From Planctomycetota bacterium (lineage in GTDB: Bacteria > Planctomycetota > SZUA-567 > H5-PLA8), in assembly GCA_023150555.1 (NCBI GenBank), contig JAKLKQ010000007.1, positions 65,253 through 129,252 on the forward strand: a DNA stretch of 64,000 bases, written 5' to 3'. How positions within the stretch are numbered: position 1 is the stretch's first letter; every line of letters starts with the position of its first letter. The position numbers and the translations under genes are program-made. The notes beneath the pieces are model-generated. The model searched no databases and was not told where the DNA came from. It saw nothing but the letters and a program-made list of their open reading frames with translations. This document shows positions 1 through 9,406 of this stretch, piece after piece.

Positions 1-653
1 GCCGAACGCTTCACGATCAGCGCCAGTTCGTCCGCCGAGTAGAAGGCCAGTTTCTGCGGGATGCCGAAGCGGTCCTGGAAGGGCCGCGAGAGTAACCCGT
101 CGCGCGTGGTCGCGCCGACCAACGTGAACGGGCGCAGGTTGAAGCGGATCGGCCGCGCCGCGGCGCCCTGGTCGACCGTCAGGTCGATGAAGTAGTCCTC
201 CATCGCCGAGTACAGGTACTCTTCCAGCGCGGCGCTTAGACGGTGGACTTCGTCGATGAAAAGGACGGTGCGCTCGGGAAGGCTGGTCAGCAGGCCCACG
301 AGGTCACCGGGCTTCTTCAGCGCCGGCGCGGCGGTGCCGTGAAAGTCGACGCCCAACTCGTTGGCCACGATGCGGGCCAGGGTCGTCTTGCCCAGGCCTG
401 GAGGCCCGGAGAGCAGGATGTGGTCCAGGGCCTCGCCGCGCTTGTCGGCGGCCTTCACATAGACCTTCAGGTTCTCGACGACGCGTTCCTGGCCCACAAA
501 GTCGGCGAAACGCTGCGGACGCAGCGTGGCTTCGAAGGCGTCCTCGTCGGCGCCGGCGCTCTGCGGCCCGACGTGGCGCTCGCCGGCGGGCGCGGGCTCC
601 GGCAGGCCGGCGTCCGCTTTCTTGCGGCGGGGCGGAAAGGGCGCGCGCGCCAT
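1..653 (-). CDS. ruvB: Holliday junction branch migration ATPase RuvB (partial; 3' end runs off the window)
   Basis: Manual translation from the ATG at 653 gives [12 protein letters not shown], Walker [10 protein letters not shown], Walker [20 protein letters not shown] and FTLVGATTR. Lies downstream of ruvA. Absent from the ORF track because the stop is outside the window. Confidence 0.97.
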   Translation of the reverse strand, partial: MARAPFPPRRKKADAGLPEPAPAGERHVGPQSAGADEDAFEATLRPQRFADFVGQERVVENLKVYVKAADKRGEALDHILLSGPPGLGKTTLARIVANELGVDFHGTAAPALKKPGDLVGLLTSLPERTVLFIDEVHRLSAALEEYLYSAMEDYFIDLTVDQGAAARPIRFNLRPFTLVGATTRDGLLSRPFQDRFGIPQKLAFYSADELALIVKRS

Positions 654-655
654 CG

Positions 656-1471
656 TCAGCCGCGCCTCGGGCCTTCGGCGGCCAGCTCGCGTTCCATCTG
701 CGACAGGCGTTCCTCGAGCTTGAACTTCGCGACCCAGCTCATCAGCAGCGCGCGGTCCAGCTTCGGGTTGCGCTTGAGGACCTCCTTTACGTCCCAGCGG
801 TCCTTGTCACGGAAGGCCTGCAGCTTGAGCACGATCAATCCTTCGGCGCCGAGCACTCGAAGGCGAACACCCTCCAGGTGCGACTCGACGCCCGTCGCAT
901 GCAGGAAGGCCATGAACTCATGCGGAGCAACTAGCAGGTCGACATTCACTGGTGGTGCATCAGGCAGGCCGAACTGATACGGCTCCCACCAGAAGAGCGC
1001 GTCGGGCGGCATGAAGCTGGGCTTCTCGAAGCGGTGTGGGCGGATGTCGCGTTGCGCCAAGGCGGCGCGCACTTCGCGCAGGCCATCTTGGTGCCCCAAG
1101 ATGAAGAAATCCACGTCGGTGGTCGCGCGGCGCTGCCCGTGCAGGTTGACGGCCAGCCCTCCGCCCAACGCGTAGAACATACCGGTCTCGTTCAGGCTGC
1201 GCGCACCGGCAAGAACGGCCTTCCAGAGATGTTCGGCGCGCGGTTGCTTAGCGGAGGCGCCGCCGTAAACCGGCGCATCTTCGTGCGCGACCCCGGCGGG
1301 TCCCGAGGCGAATCCTTCGTCCCACGCGTCGGCCAAGCGCTCGCAGGAGCGGTAGGTGTCGAGCCAATCGTCGACGGCGCGCCGAACGCTGCCGGAAGCC
1401 GATGCGGGGTTACGGTCCATCCGTTCAGCATGCTCCTTTGAAGCCGCGCGCGCAAGGTCAACGCTACTCAA
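656..1471 (-). CDS. Pol-beta-superfamily nucleotidyltransferase (DUF6036/AbiEii-like) with an N-terminal extension
   Basis: Motif [19 protein letters not shown] (GG..DxD), third acidic site VDLL, and [16 protein letters not shown]. The TTG start at 1471 has GGAGG upstream; an alternative ATG is at 1420. Confidence 0.8.
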   Translation of the reverse strand: MSSVDLARAASKEHAERMDRNPASASGSVRRAVDDWLDTYRSCERLADAWDEGFASGPAGVAHEDAPVYGGASAKQPRAEHLWKAVLAGARSLNETGMFYALGGGLAVNLHGQRRATTDVDFFILGHQDGLREVRAALAQRDIRPHRFEKPSFMPPDALFWWEPYQFGLPDAPPVNVDLLVAPHEFMAFLHATGVESHLEGVRLRVLGAEGLIVLKLQAFRDKDRWDVKEVLKRNPKLDRALLMSWVAKFKLEERLSQMERELAAEGPRRG

Positions 1472-1838
1472 CTTCCACCTCCACCCAGTCGCCGTCCACC
1501 AGGCCGTGCGCGTCGCGCAGCTTCACATCGGTGGCGACCTCGATCAGACACTTCTCTTCGTCCGGCGCTTCGAACTCCGCCTTGTCCGGCCGCAAAATGA
1601 AAGCCTTGCGTCCGAAGATGCGGCAGGGAATCAGGCTTACCGAGACCGCCCCGCCGTAGTCTTCCTTCTCCAAGCGCAGGAACCTGGCCGGTCGGTGGAA
1701 CGGCGCCTCCAGCCTCACGTTCAGCGTGCCCGGAAACAGGCGCAGGCCGGTGATGCGGTGGTAGTGGTCGTTGAGTTTCTCGATCCACCGGGCGAAGTCC
1801 CCGACGCCGGTCTCGACCCGTCCGCGCAATACGCCCAT
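1464..1838 (-). CDS. CTP-dependent riboflavin kinase family protein (DUF120, archaeal type)
   Basis: GRVETGVG, LFPGTLNVRL and IEVATDVKLRDAHGLVDGDWVEV match the archaeal riboflavin kinase pattern G.V.SG.G / PGTLN / E....LR....L.DGD.V; 124 aa. Confidence 0.85.
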   Translation of the reverse strand: MGVLRGRVETGVGDFARWIEKLNDHYHRITGLRLFPGTLNVRLEAPFHRPARFLRLEKEDYGGAVSVSLIPCRIFGRKAFILRPDKAEFEAPDEEKCLIEVATDVKLRDAHGLVDGDWVEVEVE

Positions 1839-1842
1839 CGCC

Positions 1843-2523
1843 TCACTCCGCGTAGGGCAGCGCGCGGCGGATCAGGTCCTGCACGCTTTCGGGCGCGGCG
1901 CCTTTGTTGCGCAGATCTTCGATGGCGCGCTGCACCGAACGCAGGGCCACGTCGGACGGCACCTCGTTGAGCTGCGTCACGGCCTTCACCGCCAGGTCGG
2001 TCATCTCGTCGAGATCGGACAGCGTTGCGGCGCCGGTTTCCGCTGCCGGAGCCGGCATGCCTTTTTTGCCGCGCTTGCCGGCGGCTTCGGCGGGTTGCGG
2101 CGTCTGCGTCTCGGCCTGCTTGACGAGGATCTTGCCGAGTTCCAGGACGATGCGCTTGGCGGTGGCCTCGCCGACGCCCTTGATCGCCTTCAGCGTGGCG
2201 ACGTCGCCGAGGCGGATGGCCTGCTGCAGGTGCTCGACGCGCCCGCCGCTGAGCACCGCCAGGGCCACGCGCGGGCCGACGCCCTTCACGCTGCCGATCA
2301 GCTGCCGGAAGAAGGCGCGTTCGCGTTCGGTGGCGAAGCCGTACAGCGCCAGGTTGTCGTCGGTGACGTGCAGGTGCGTCAGGACCTTCACCGGCTGGCC
2401 GGCCGCGGGCAGAGTCTCGTAGGTGTGCAGCGAGATGCGCAGCTGGTAGCCCACGCCGGCGGCCTCGACGATGGCTTCGCCCGGGGTCTTGGAGGCCAGG
2501 ATACCGGCGAGGTGGTGGTACAT
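1843..2523 (-). CDS. ruvA: Holliday junction DNA-binding protein RuvA
   Basis: GVGYQLRIS, LALYGFATERER, and HhH motifs VKGVGPRVAL and IKGVGEATAKRIVLEL. Confidence 0.96.
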   Translation of the reverse strand: MYHHLAGILASKTPGEAIVEAAGVGYQLRISLHTYETLPAAGQPVKVLTHLHVTDDNLALYGFATERERAFFRQLIGSVKGVGPRVALAVLSGGRVEHLQQAIRLGDVATLKAIKGVGEATAKRIVLELGKILVKQAETQTPQPAEAAGKRGKKGMPAPAAETGAATLSDLDEMTDLAVKAVTQLNEVPSDVALRSVQRAIEDLRNKGAAPESVQDLIRRALPYAE

Positions 2524-2574
2524 AGCGACGGTTTACGCTCTTTTCGCGGCGGCGACAAGCCCGCGCTCGGCACC

Positions 2575-2606
2575 AAAGAAAACCGGCGGCCTGGTAGGCC
2601 GCCGGC
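2575..2606 (-). terminator. Rho-independent terminator after the TPR/alpha-CTD gene
   Basis: Minus strand reads gccggcggcct-acc-aggccgccggt followed by tttcttt. Confidence 0.7.
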
Positions 2607-2637
2607 AATGCGTCGATGCTTGAACGGTCCGGCCGGC

Positions 2638-3960
2638 TCAGTTGACCGTCTTCAGGCCCAGGCCGATCTCGCCGAGTTTGCTCTTGATCTCGTTGAGGCT
2701 GGTCTGGCCGAAGTTCTTGGTGGCCATCAGTTCGGCCTCGGTGCGTTCGACGAGGTCGCCGATGGTCTCGATGTTCAGCCGCTGCATGCACTTGCGGCTG
2801 CGGACCGAGAACTCGAGGTCGGTGATGGGCTTCATCAGGTTGGCGTTCTCGGGCGTGCCGGTGCGCAGGCGCTGGGCGCGGGAGCGCTTGTTTTCCTCTT
2901 CCTTGTACATGCCCAGGCGCAGGCCCTTCGATTCGAGCAGGTTCTTTATTTCGCTGAGCGAGGTCTCGCCGAAGTTCTTGTAGCTGAGCAGCTCCTGCTC
3001 GGTCTTGCGGACCATGTCGCCGAGCGTGCGGACGTTCATCTTGGCGAGGCAGTTGCGGCTGCGGACGCTGAGCTCGAAGTCGCTGACGGGGATGCGCAGC
3101 ACGGCCTCGAGGCGCTCGTTCTCCTTGCGCTCGGCTTCGTCGTAGTACATGTCCAGCGACTCGATGGCATCGCGGAGGAACAGCTGCGCGCGGCGGTTGG
3201 TCGGATCGACCTTCAGGGCTTCGCGCAGGCAGGTGATCGCGCCGTCCACTTCCTCGCGGTCGTCCAGCAACAGCGCCAGGTTGACCATCGCGCTGACGAA
3301 GGCCGGGCCCTGGCCGGTGACCTTCTTGTACAGCTGCACCGCCTTCTCGTCCTCGCCGCGCAGGTCCAGGTAGTAGGCGAGGCGGAAGGCCGCGTCGCTG
3401 TGGCTGGGGTCGATCTCCAGCGCGCGGGTGTAGGCGTTGCACGCCGATTCCTGCTCGCCCTTCTTCTCCAGGCAGCGGCCCTTGTGGTAGTGCAGGTCCG
3501 CGTCGCCGGAGGCCTTGGACTCCAGCTTGGCCAGTTCGGCCAGCGCCTCGTCGGTCTTCCCGGCGGCGCACAGCGCGCCGGCGTACTCGATGGCGACCTT
3601 GGGCGTGTCGGTGATCTGCTGCGCGGCCTCGCCCAGCAGCTTGGCGGCTTCGTCGGTGCGGCCGCGGTCCAGGGCCAGTTCGCCGGCCAGCAGCTTGGCG
3701 CCGCTGCCGGTCACGTTCTTGAGCGCGTTCTCGGCCTGGTCGTAGCGGCACAGCACCCAGGCGAAGGCGCACTGGCGCAGGGCCTTCTCGTCGGCGGGCA
3801 GGTCCTCGCCGTCCAGCGTGCCGTAGCGGGTCTGCAGGACGTTGCGCTCGGCGACGGTGTTTCGCGCGACGGTGCGGAGTTTCAACAGAAGCTCGGGCGT
3901 CAGCGCGGGCTGGGCGCAGAGTTCATCGACAATGCTGGCGACGTTCACATCGGAAGCCAT
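2638..3960 (-). CDS. TPR-repeat protein with two tandem RNA polymerase alpha C-terminal-like domains
   Basis: TPR motifs (YHKGRCLE, YTRALEIDP, ALKVDPTN) followed by two alpha-CTD repeats, ELSVRSRNCL..KNFGETSLSEI and EFSVRSRKCM..KNFGQTSLNEI. There is no alpha-NTD, so this is not rpoA. Confidence 0.9.
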   Translation of the reverse strand: MASDVNVASIVDELCAQPALTPELLLKLRTVARNTVAERNVLQTRYGTLDGEDLPADEKALRQCAFAWVLCRYDQAENALKNVTGSGAKLLAGELALDRGRTDEAAKLLGEAAQQITDTPKVAIEYAGALCAAGKTDEALAELAKLESKASGDADLHYHKGRCLEKKGEQESACNAYTRALEIDPSHSDAAFRLAYYLDLRGEDEKAVQLYKKVTGQGPAFVSAMVNLALLLDDREEVDGAITCLREALKVDPTNRRAQLFLRDAIESLDMYYDEAERKENERLEAVLRIPVSDFELSVRSRNCLAKMNVRTLGDMVRKTEQELLSYKNFGETSLSEIKNLLESKGLRLGMYKEEENKRSRAQRLRTGTPENANLMKPITDLEFSVRSRKCMQRLNIETIGDLVERTEAELMATKNFGQTSLNEIKSKLGEIGLGLKTVN

Positions 3961-4166
3961 GGGTACCCCCTACTGTGGAAGAGCTCGAACCGACAGGCCA
4001 AGCAGCCCGCGGCCGGATCGCGTGCCGTATCTCTTTGCTAAGACGTTGGTTCGAGGCCGTCTCCCGAATCGAAGCCGAATAAATTAAGGCCTCGGGGCCC
4101 GGAGTTCAAGCGGTTTTACAGGCCCGGCCGGAGGCGGCCCGGAGGGCGGAAAACGCCCGCTTGTCC

Positions 4167-4194
4167 TTGACCCCCTGCGGGCATACCTTATAAG
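4167..4194 (+). promoter_or_regulatory. Putative sigma70 promoter of tRNA-Lys
   Basis: TTGACC-N16-TATAAG about 46 nt upstream of the tRNA. Confidence 0.5.
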
Positions 4195-4240
4195 TGGAAT
4201 TCCTTTCCAGCGCTGTATCGGAGAAGCCTCTCCATTCGGT

Positions 4241-4316
<76 letters not shown>

Positions 4317-4465
4317 ATTTCTCCCCTCTCTCCGGCTGTCCGAATCCGCAGGCCTGAAACAACCCACTTGAGGGGCCGCGCGGCGGTTGCCCGAAACGGG
4401 CAAAACGGGGAGAATCCCGGCTGCCCATTCACCCTACGCAATCTTTGGCGCCGGCGGCAGAGGCC

Positions 4466-5449
4466 ATGATCGAAGCCCGCAACCTGACCAAGCGCTACGG
4501 CGACTTCACCGCGATCCAGGACCTCACCTTCCAGGTGCAGCCCGGCGAAGTCGTCGGCTTTCTGGGCGTCAACGGCGCGGGCAAGACCACCACCCTGCGC
4601 ATCCTCTCGTGCTACATGCCGGCCAGTTCGGGGCAGGCCACCGTCGCCGGCTTCGACGTCTTCAAGGACTCGCTGCGCGTGCGCGAGCAGATCGGCTACC
4701 TGCCCGAATCGGTGCCGCTGTACCCCGAACTGCGCGTGCAGGAGTACCTCGCCTTCCGCGCGCGCCTGAAGGCCGTGCCACGCGCCAAGCGCCAGAGCGA
4801 ACTCGCGCGCGTGATGGACGCCTGCAAGATCGCCGACCGCGCGCGCCAGACCATCGGAACGCTCTCCCGCGGCTACCGCCAGCGCGTGGGCCTGGCCGAC
4901 GCCCTGCTGGGCCCGCCGAAGCTCCTGATCCTCGACGAACCCACCAGCGGCCTGGACCCGCTGCAGCGCATGGAAGTGCGCGCGCTGATGCAGGAGCTCA
5001 AGCGCGAGCACACCGTCTTCCTGTCCACGCACATCCTCGGCGAAGTCGAATCGACCTGCACGCGGGTGATCATCCTGCACCGCGGCAAGCTGGTGCCCGA
5101 GGCCGAGGTCGCGCGGCTGCGCGGCGCCTGCCAGTACGAAGCCCGCGTCGCGGGGCCGATGGGGCGCGTGCTGGAGGCCCTGCGGCGGCTGAACGCCGTG
5201 GCTTCGGCGGAACCGATCCCGCCGGAAGCCAGCACCGAGCCGCCGGAGCCGGCCGAGCACACGCACATCCGCATCGTGCCGAAGGCGGGTCTCGACAAGG
5301 ACCCGCGCGACGAACTGGTCGCGCTGATGGCGGGCAAGGCGGGCGAGGGCTGGCGGCTGCTGGAACTGCGGCGGCGCATCCCGACGCTGGAGGAAGTCTT
5401 CGCGCAGGCGACGGCGGAGGAAGGCGGCAAGGAGGGCGCGCAGGCGTGA
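4466..5449 (+). CDS. ABC transporter ATP-binding protein (GldA-like)
   Basis: Walker A GVNGAGKTT, signature LSRGYRQRVG, Walker B LLILDEPTSGLDP and H-loop STH. Confidence 0.95.
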   Translation: MIEARNLTKRYGDFTAIQDLTFQVQPGEVVGFLGVNGAGKTTTLRILSCYMPASSGQATVAGFDVFKDSLRVREQIGYLPESVPLYPELRVQEYLAFRARLKAVPRAKRQSELARVMDACKIADRARQTIGTLSRGYRQRVGLADALLGPPKLLILDEPTSGLDPLQRMEVRALMQELKREHTVFLSTHILGEVESTCTRVIILHRGKLVPEAEVARLRGACQYEARVAGPMGRVLEALRRLNAVASAEPIPPEASTEPPEPAEHTHIRIVPKAGLDKDPRDELVALMAGKAGEGWRLLELRRRIPTLEEVFAQATAEEGGKEGAQA

Positions 5450-6177
5450 GGAATTTCGTCGCGCTGACCCGCCGGGAGCTGCTCTCGGTCTTCGTCTCGC
5501 CGCTGGGCTACGGCACGGCGGCGGTCTTCCTGTTCATCTTCGGGCTGATCTTCGTCTCGCAGTTCGCGGCCACGAAGCTGGTGGAAGTGCACACGCTGAT
5601 CGATCCCATGGGCTACCTGCTGCCGCTGCTGCTCTCGCCGATCCTGACCATGCGCCTGCTGGCCGAGGAGCGCCGCCAGGGCACGCTGGAGATGCTGCTG
5701 ACGGCGCCGGTGCGCAACATCGAGGTGGTGCTGAGCAAGTTCGCCGGCGCGTGGCTCTTCTACGCCTGCATGCTGGCGCTGACGCTGATCCACCTCTTCG
5801 CCATGCGCTTCCACTACGAGGGCGAGGTGGACTGGGGGCGCTTCGCCGTCGGCTACCTGGGGATGCTGCTGATCGCGGGGCTTTTCCTCAGCTTCGGCCT
5901 GTTCGTCTCGTCGCTGTTCGAGCAACCGATGCTCGCGGCGCTGACGTCCTTCGTCGCCAGCCTCTCGCTGCTGATGGTCAACTTCGTGCTGAACGTGCCC
6001 GCGTTCCTGCAGGAAGGCGTGGGGAAGGACGTCTTCCGCTTCACGCTGCCGTTCACGCACTACCGCAACTTCCTGGCCGGGCTGGTGGACACCGGCGACC
6101 TGGCCTACTTCGGGCTGATCACCGCCTTCTTCCTGTTCCTGACCACGAAGGTCCTGGAGGCGCGGCGCAACCAATGA
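5446..6177 (+). CDS. ABC-2 type permease (GldF-like)
   Basis: GTG start overlaps the previous stop. RRELLSVFVSPLGY, TMRLLAEERRQGTLEMLLTAPV and about 6 TM helices. The track ORF from 4387 is over-extended. Confidence 0.92.
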   Translation: MRNFVALTRRELLSVFVSPLGYGTAAVFLFIFGLIFVSQFAATKLVEVHTLIDPMGYLLPLLLSPILTMRLLAEERRQGTLEMLLTAPVRNIEVVLSKFAGAWLFYACMLALTLIHLFAMRFHYEGEVDWGRFAVGYLGMLLIAGLFLSFGLFVSSLFEQPMLAALTSFVASLSLLMVNFVLNVPAFLQEGVGKDVFRFTLPFTHYRNFLAGLVDTGDLAYFGLITAFFLFLTTKVLEARRNQ

Positions 6178-7928
6178 CCTCGCCCGCCCCCGTCACGCCA
6201 TCCACCCCTTCGGCCTCGGCCGCGCCGCTGGCGGTGCGCGCCTTCCGCCTGGTGGGCTCCTTCGCCTGCATGGGCCTGGGCGTGAACGTCTTCCTGTGCG
6301 TGGCGCGGGGAAGCTGGAGCGACGCGGCGGCGCTCGCGCCCTTCGCCGTCTTCCTGCCGCTGTTGGCGCTCTCGATCTGGGTCTGCCGGCAGGACTTCGT
6401 GCACTCGTTCACTTCGCCGCAGGGCCGCGCGACGCTGCTGGTGATCGTGCAGGGCGGCCTGGGCCTGCTGGTGCTCTGCTTCGCGCTGTACATCCTGGGC
6501 TACCGCTTCCGCGCGAAGGCCGATTTCACCAGTTCGCAGATGTTCAGCCTTTCCGAAGAGACGAAGCTCGTACTGGCCGGACTCAAGGACCTGGACCGGC
6601 CCATCGAGATCTTCTATCTGCAGGGCCTCGACTCCGCCGACCCCAAGGAGCGGGATGCCGCCGACCGCGAGCGCGCGCGCGTGACGGCGCTGCTGCGCGA
6701 GTACCAGGCCCATGCCGATGCCCTGAAGCCCGGGCGGCTGGTCTTCGAGTCCTACAACCTCAACGAGAACTCCCTGGAACTCAACGCGCTGAGCAAGCGG
6801 ATCCACGACGCCACGCAGTTCCTGGGCGGGCTGGAAGAGGCCACGGTCTTCCTGTGGGGCGAACGCATCAAGATCGTGCGGAAACAGGAACTGAACCCGG
6901 TCGTCATCCACGAGAAGGCCGTAGGCCGGCCGTTCCAGAGCGAGCGCGTCTTCACCGATACCATCCGCGAGCTGCTGGCCGTGAACCCGAAGGCCGTCTA
7001 CTTCTCGACGGGGCACGGCGAGCGCGACGTACAGAGTTGCGCGCAGTTCCGCGGACTGCTCAAGCAGCAGACCTACGCCGAGAAGGAATGGAAATCCGGC
7101 GAAGCCGTGCCCTCCGATGCCGCGATGGTGATCGTGCTCGGCCCGCGCGATGCCTTTTCCGAGAAGGACGCCGCGGCCTTGCGCGCGTACCTCGTCGGCG
7201 GCGGACGCCTGCTCCTTTTCTTCGACCCGCTGCTGGACAAGATCCAGGGCCTGCCCCGCGAAGGCTGCGGCCTGGACGCGGTCCTGAATGCCTACGGCCT
7301 GCAGCCGCGCCAGGACGTGCTGACGCGAAGGTTCATCCCCGACGTCCTGGGCGGGCGGCCCATCCCGCGCGATGAAGTGGTGGCCTACCCGCGCAAGGAG
7401 AGCGATTCGGTGCTGCTCGAGACGCTCAAATTTGAAGGCCAGCATCTCGTCACCACCCTCACCTGCGCCGTGCAGATTTCCGCCGCCGCGGGGGAAGGCG
7501 TCAGACCGCAGGTGGTGCTCGAGACGCCGCCCTACATCCGCGGCAAGCAACTCTTCTGGGCCGATCCGATCGCCGCAAAATCCGAATCGAACGAGCCCGG
7601 ACCGAACAGCCTGCCGGGGCCGGTGCCGGTGGCCGCCGCGTCCGAAGGCTCCGCCGGATCGCGCATCGTGGCCGTCGCGGGATCGAACGTGGCCGTGGAC
7701 CAGTATTTCATGAACTACGACGGCAACCGGACCTTTCTCCTGGCGGCGGCGCGCTGGCTGGCGGGCGAGGACGAACTGGTGACGCAGATCCAGCCCAAAA
7801 GCCCCGACGTGCGCGTGGCGAAGATCAGCCCCGAACAGAGCAAGATCCTGATGGTGCTGCTGGTGCTGGGCCTGCCGGTCGCCGTCTTCTTCGCGGGCAT
7901 GATCGTGTGGGCCATGCGGCGGACCTGA
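6174..7928 (+). CDS. GldG-like ABC auxiliary protein (GIFT / ABC_transp_aux domain)
   Basis: N-terminal TMs, DFTSSQMFSLSEET, VYFSTGHGE, YLVGGGRLLLFFDP, GNRTFLL and a C-terminal TM. ATGA overlap with the permease gene. Confidence 0.88.
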   Translation: MTSPAPVTPSTPSASAAPLAVRAFRLVGSFACMGLGVNVFLCVARGSWSDAAALAPFAVFLPLLALSIWVCRQDFVHSFTSPQGRATLLVIVQGGLGLLVLCFALYILGYRFRAKADFTSSQMFSLSEETKLVLAGLKDLDRPIEIFYLQGLDSADPKERDAADRERARVTALLREYQAHADALKPGRLVFESYNLNENSLELNALSKRIHDATQFLGGLEEATVFLWGERIKIVRKQELNPVVIHEKAVGRPFQSERVFTDTIRELLAVNPKAVYFSTGHGERDVQSCAQFRGLLKQQTYAEKEWKSGEAVPSDAAMVIVLGPRDAFSEKDAAALRAYLVGGGRLLLFFDPLLDKIQGLPREGCGLDAVLNAYGLQPRQDVLTRRFIPDVLGGRPIPRDEVVAYPRKESDSVLLETLKFEGQHLVTTLTCAVQISAAAGEGVRPQVVLETPPYIRGKQLFWADPIAAKSESNEPGPNSLPGPVPVAAASEGSAGSRIVAVAGSNVAVDQYFMNYDGNRTFLLAAARWLAGEDELVTQIQPKSPDVRVAKISPEQSKILMVLLVLGLPVAVFFAGMIVWAMRRT

Positions 7929-7936
7929 GTGCTGCG

Positions 7937-8578
7937 ATGCGAACAACCCTGGTACTGATCGTGCTCGCCGTGGCCCTGGGCGGCTGGGTCCTGTGGGACC
8001 TCAACACTGTGCCCGAGGAAACGCGCACCGGCGGTTCGCTGCTGATGGAGTTCCCGCGCGAGGCCGCCACGCGCATCGAGATCGACCGACCCGACCCCGG
8101 CAACCCAGCCAAGCGCGAGCTGCTGGTCTTCGAGCGCCGCGAGGGCGCCTGGTTCGTGGCGATGCCCGATCTCGGCAAGGCCGATCCGAAGCAGATCACC
8201 GAGATGATCCAGCAGCCCTGCGCGAACTGGTCCACCACCTGGCTGAAAGTCCCCGAGGACCTCGGCAAGTACGGCTTGGGCGACGAGGCCCTGCGCGTGA
8301 CGCTGGTCCACCCCGGCGGCAAGTCCGTGGTGCGGATCGGAGCGCACAACGAACTGCAGAAACGGGTCTACGCGCACGTGGAGGGCGACCCTTACATCGG
8401 CCTGATGGACCAGTACTTCGATCATGTCTTCCACCTTCCGGTCAACCGCTTCCTCCTGGCCCCCGCGAACGAGAAAATGAGCCCTCCGCTGAAACAGGAA
8501 GGCGCTGAAAAAACGTCCCAGGCCCCGGCCGAAGCGCCTCCCGAAGCACCCGCCAAAGCGCCTGGCCAAATGCCCTGA
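7937..8578 (+). CDS. DUF4340-like membrane-anchored protein
   Basis: N-terminal anchor MRTTLVLIVLAVALGGWVLW, DLGKYGL motif, and the usual position after gldG-like genes. Confidence 0.7.
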   Translation: MRTTLVLIVLAVALGGWVLWDLNTVPEETRTGGSLLMEFPREAATRIEIDRPDPGNPAKRELLVFERREGAWFVAMPDLGKADPKQITEMIQQPCANWSTTWLKVPEDLGKYGLGDEALRVTLVHPGGKSVVRIGAHNELQKRVYAHVEGDPYIGLMDQYFDHVFHLPVNRFLLAPANEKMSPPLKQEGAEKTSQAPAEAPPEAPAKAPGQMP

Positions 8579-8599
8579 CCGCGATCGCGGCGGAGACGC

Positions 8600-8627
8600 T
8601 TGACATCCCACCGCACTATCGTACAGT
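8600..8627 (+). promoter_or_regulatory. Putative sigma70 promoter of the dksA-like gene
   Basis: TTGACA-N16-TACAGT about 80 nt upstream of the ATG, which has a GGAGGG RBS. Confidence 0.55.
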
Positions 8628-8708
8628 TCGCGTCCTTTCAGGCAGGGGCACCAACCCTCACCCGGATGTCCCGCCTGCGGCCGGCTGATCGAGACCACGG
8701 GAGGGCGC

Positions 8709-9374
8709 ATGGCCAAAGCAACCAAATCCAAGCCCAAGAAGAAGCCCGCGACCAAAAAGAAGGCTTCCGCCAGCAACGCGAAGGCCAAGAAAGTCACCGG
8801 CAAAGCCAAGCCGCCAGCCAAGGGAAAACCCACGGGCGGCGCGCGCAAGAGTTCCGCGTCGGCCAGCCGCGTCGAGGAGGCCGTCAAGCCGCGCAAGGAG
8901 ATCCTGCTTGACGACGACCAGATCGAGAGCCTGCCGCCGCCGGAGAAGCTCAAGCCCCTGTTCACCAAGCAGGAGTTGGACGAGATCCGCCAGCAGCTCC
9001 TGGGGGTCCTGGGACGCCTGCGCAACGACATCGAACAGGAAGTGAAGGGCGCCGGCCAGCGCGACCTGGCGCACATCAAGGAAGACTCGGACATCGCCAG
9101 CGACGCGGCCGAAGGCGACCTGGCCCTGCGCCTGGCCGAAAGCGAAGGCGTCGAGGCCGCCGAAGTCGAGCGCGCCATCGAGAAGATCGACGAAGGCTCC
9201 TACGGCTACTGCGACGTCACTGGCAAGCCGATCAACAAGGAGCGCTTGAAGTTCCTGCCCTGGGCCATCCGCAGCGTCGAGGCGCAGGAGCGCTACGAAC
9301 TGCGCAAGAAGCTGGGCGAAGACGAGGACCTGGACGACCTGGACGTCGACGACACCGGCGGCGAAGAGGAATAA
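8709..9374 (+). CDS. dksA: DksA/TraR family transcription factor with a Lys/Ala-rich N-terminal tail
   Basis: Coiled-coil tip EDSDIA, AIEKIDEGSYGYCDVTGKPINKERLKFLPWA, and an acidic C-terminus. Confidence 0.85.
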   Translation: MAKATKSKPKKKPATKKKASASNAKAKKVTGKAKPPAKGKPTGGARKSSASASRVEEAVKPRKEILLDDDQIESLPPPEKLKPLFTKQELDEIRQQLLGVLGRLRNDIEQEVKGAGQRDLAHIKEDSDIASDAAEGDLALRLAESEGVEAAEVERAIEKIDEGSYGYCDVTGKPINKERLKFLPWAIRSVEAQERYELRKKLGEDEDLDDLDVDDTGGEEE

Positions 9375-9406
9375 GCGCCCGCCCCAACCGCAATCCTACA
9401 CGCAAC

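Noticed and set aside
2638-3960. Calling the TPR/alpha-CTD gene rpoA
   Set aside because: It has no alpha N-terminal dimerisation domain and is not in the ribosomal protein operon.
1771-4041. 756-aa plus-strand ORF, and similar long ORFs at 30637-33513, 39016-41097, 48650-50914, 50716-54354 and 57394-60288
   Set aside because: Antisense shadows of well-supported genes. High-GC codon bias removes stops on the opposite strand, and the products have no recognisable motifs.
4387-5445. Long N-terminal extensions of the permease, GldG (from 5751), amidase (from 11913) and FAH (from 12313) ORFs
   Set aside because: They overlap other real genes. Downstream starts with RBS or stop-start overlaps fit better.
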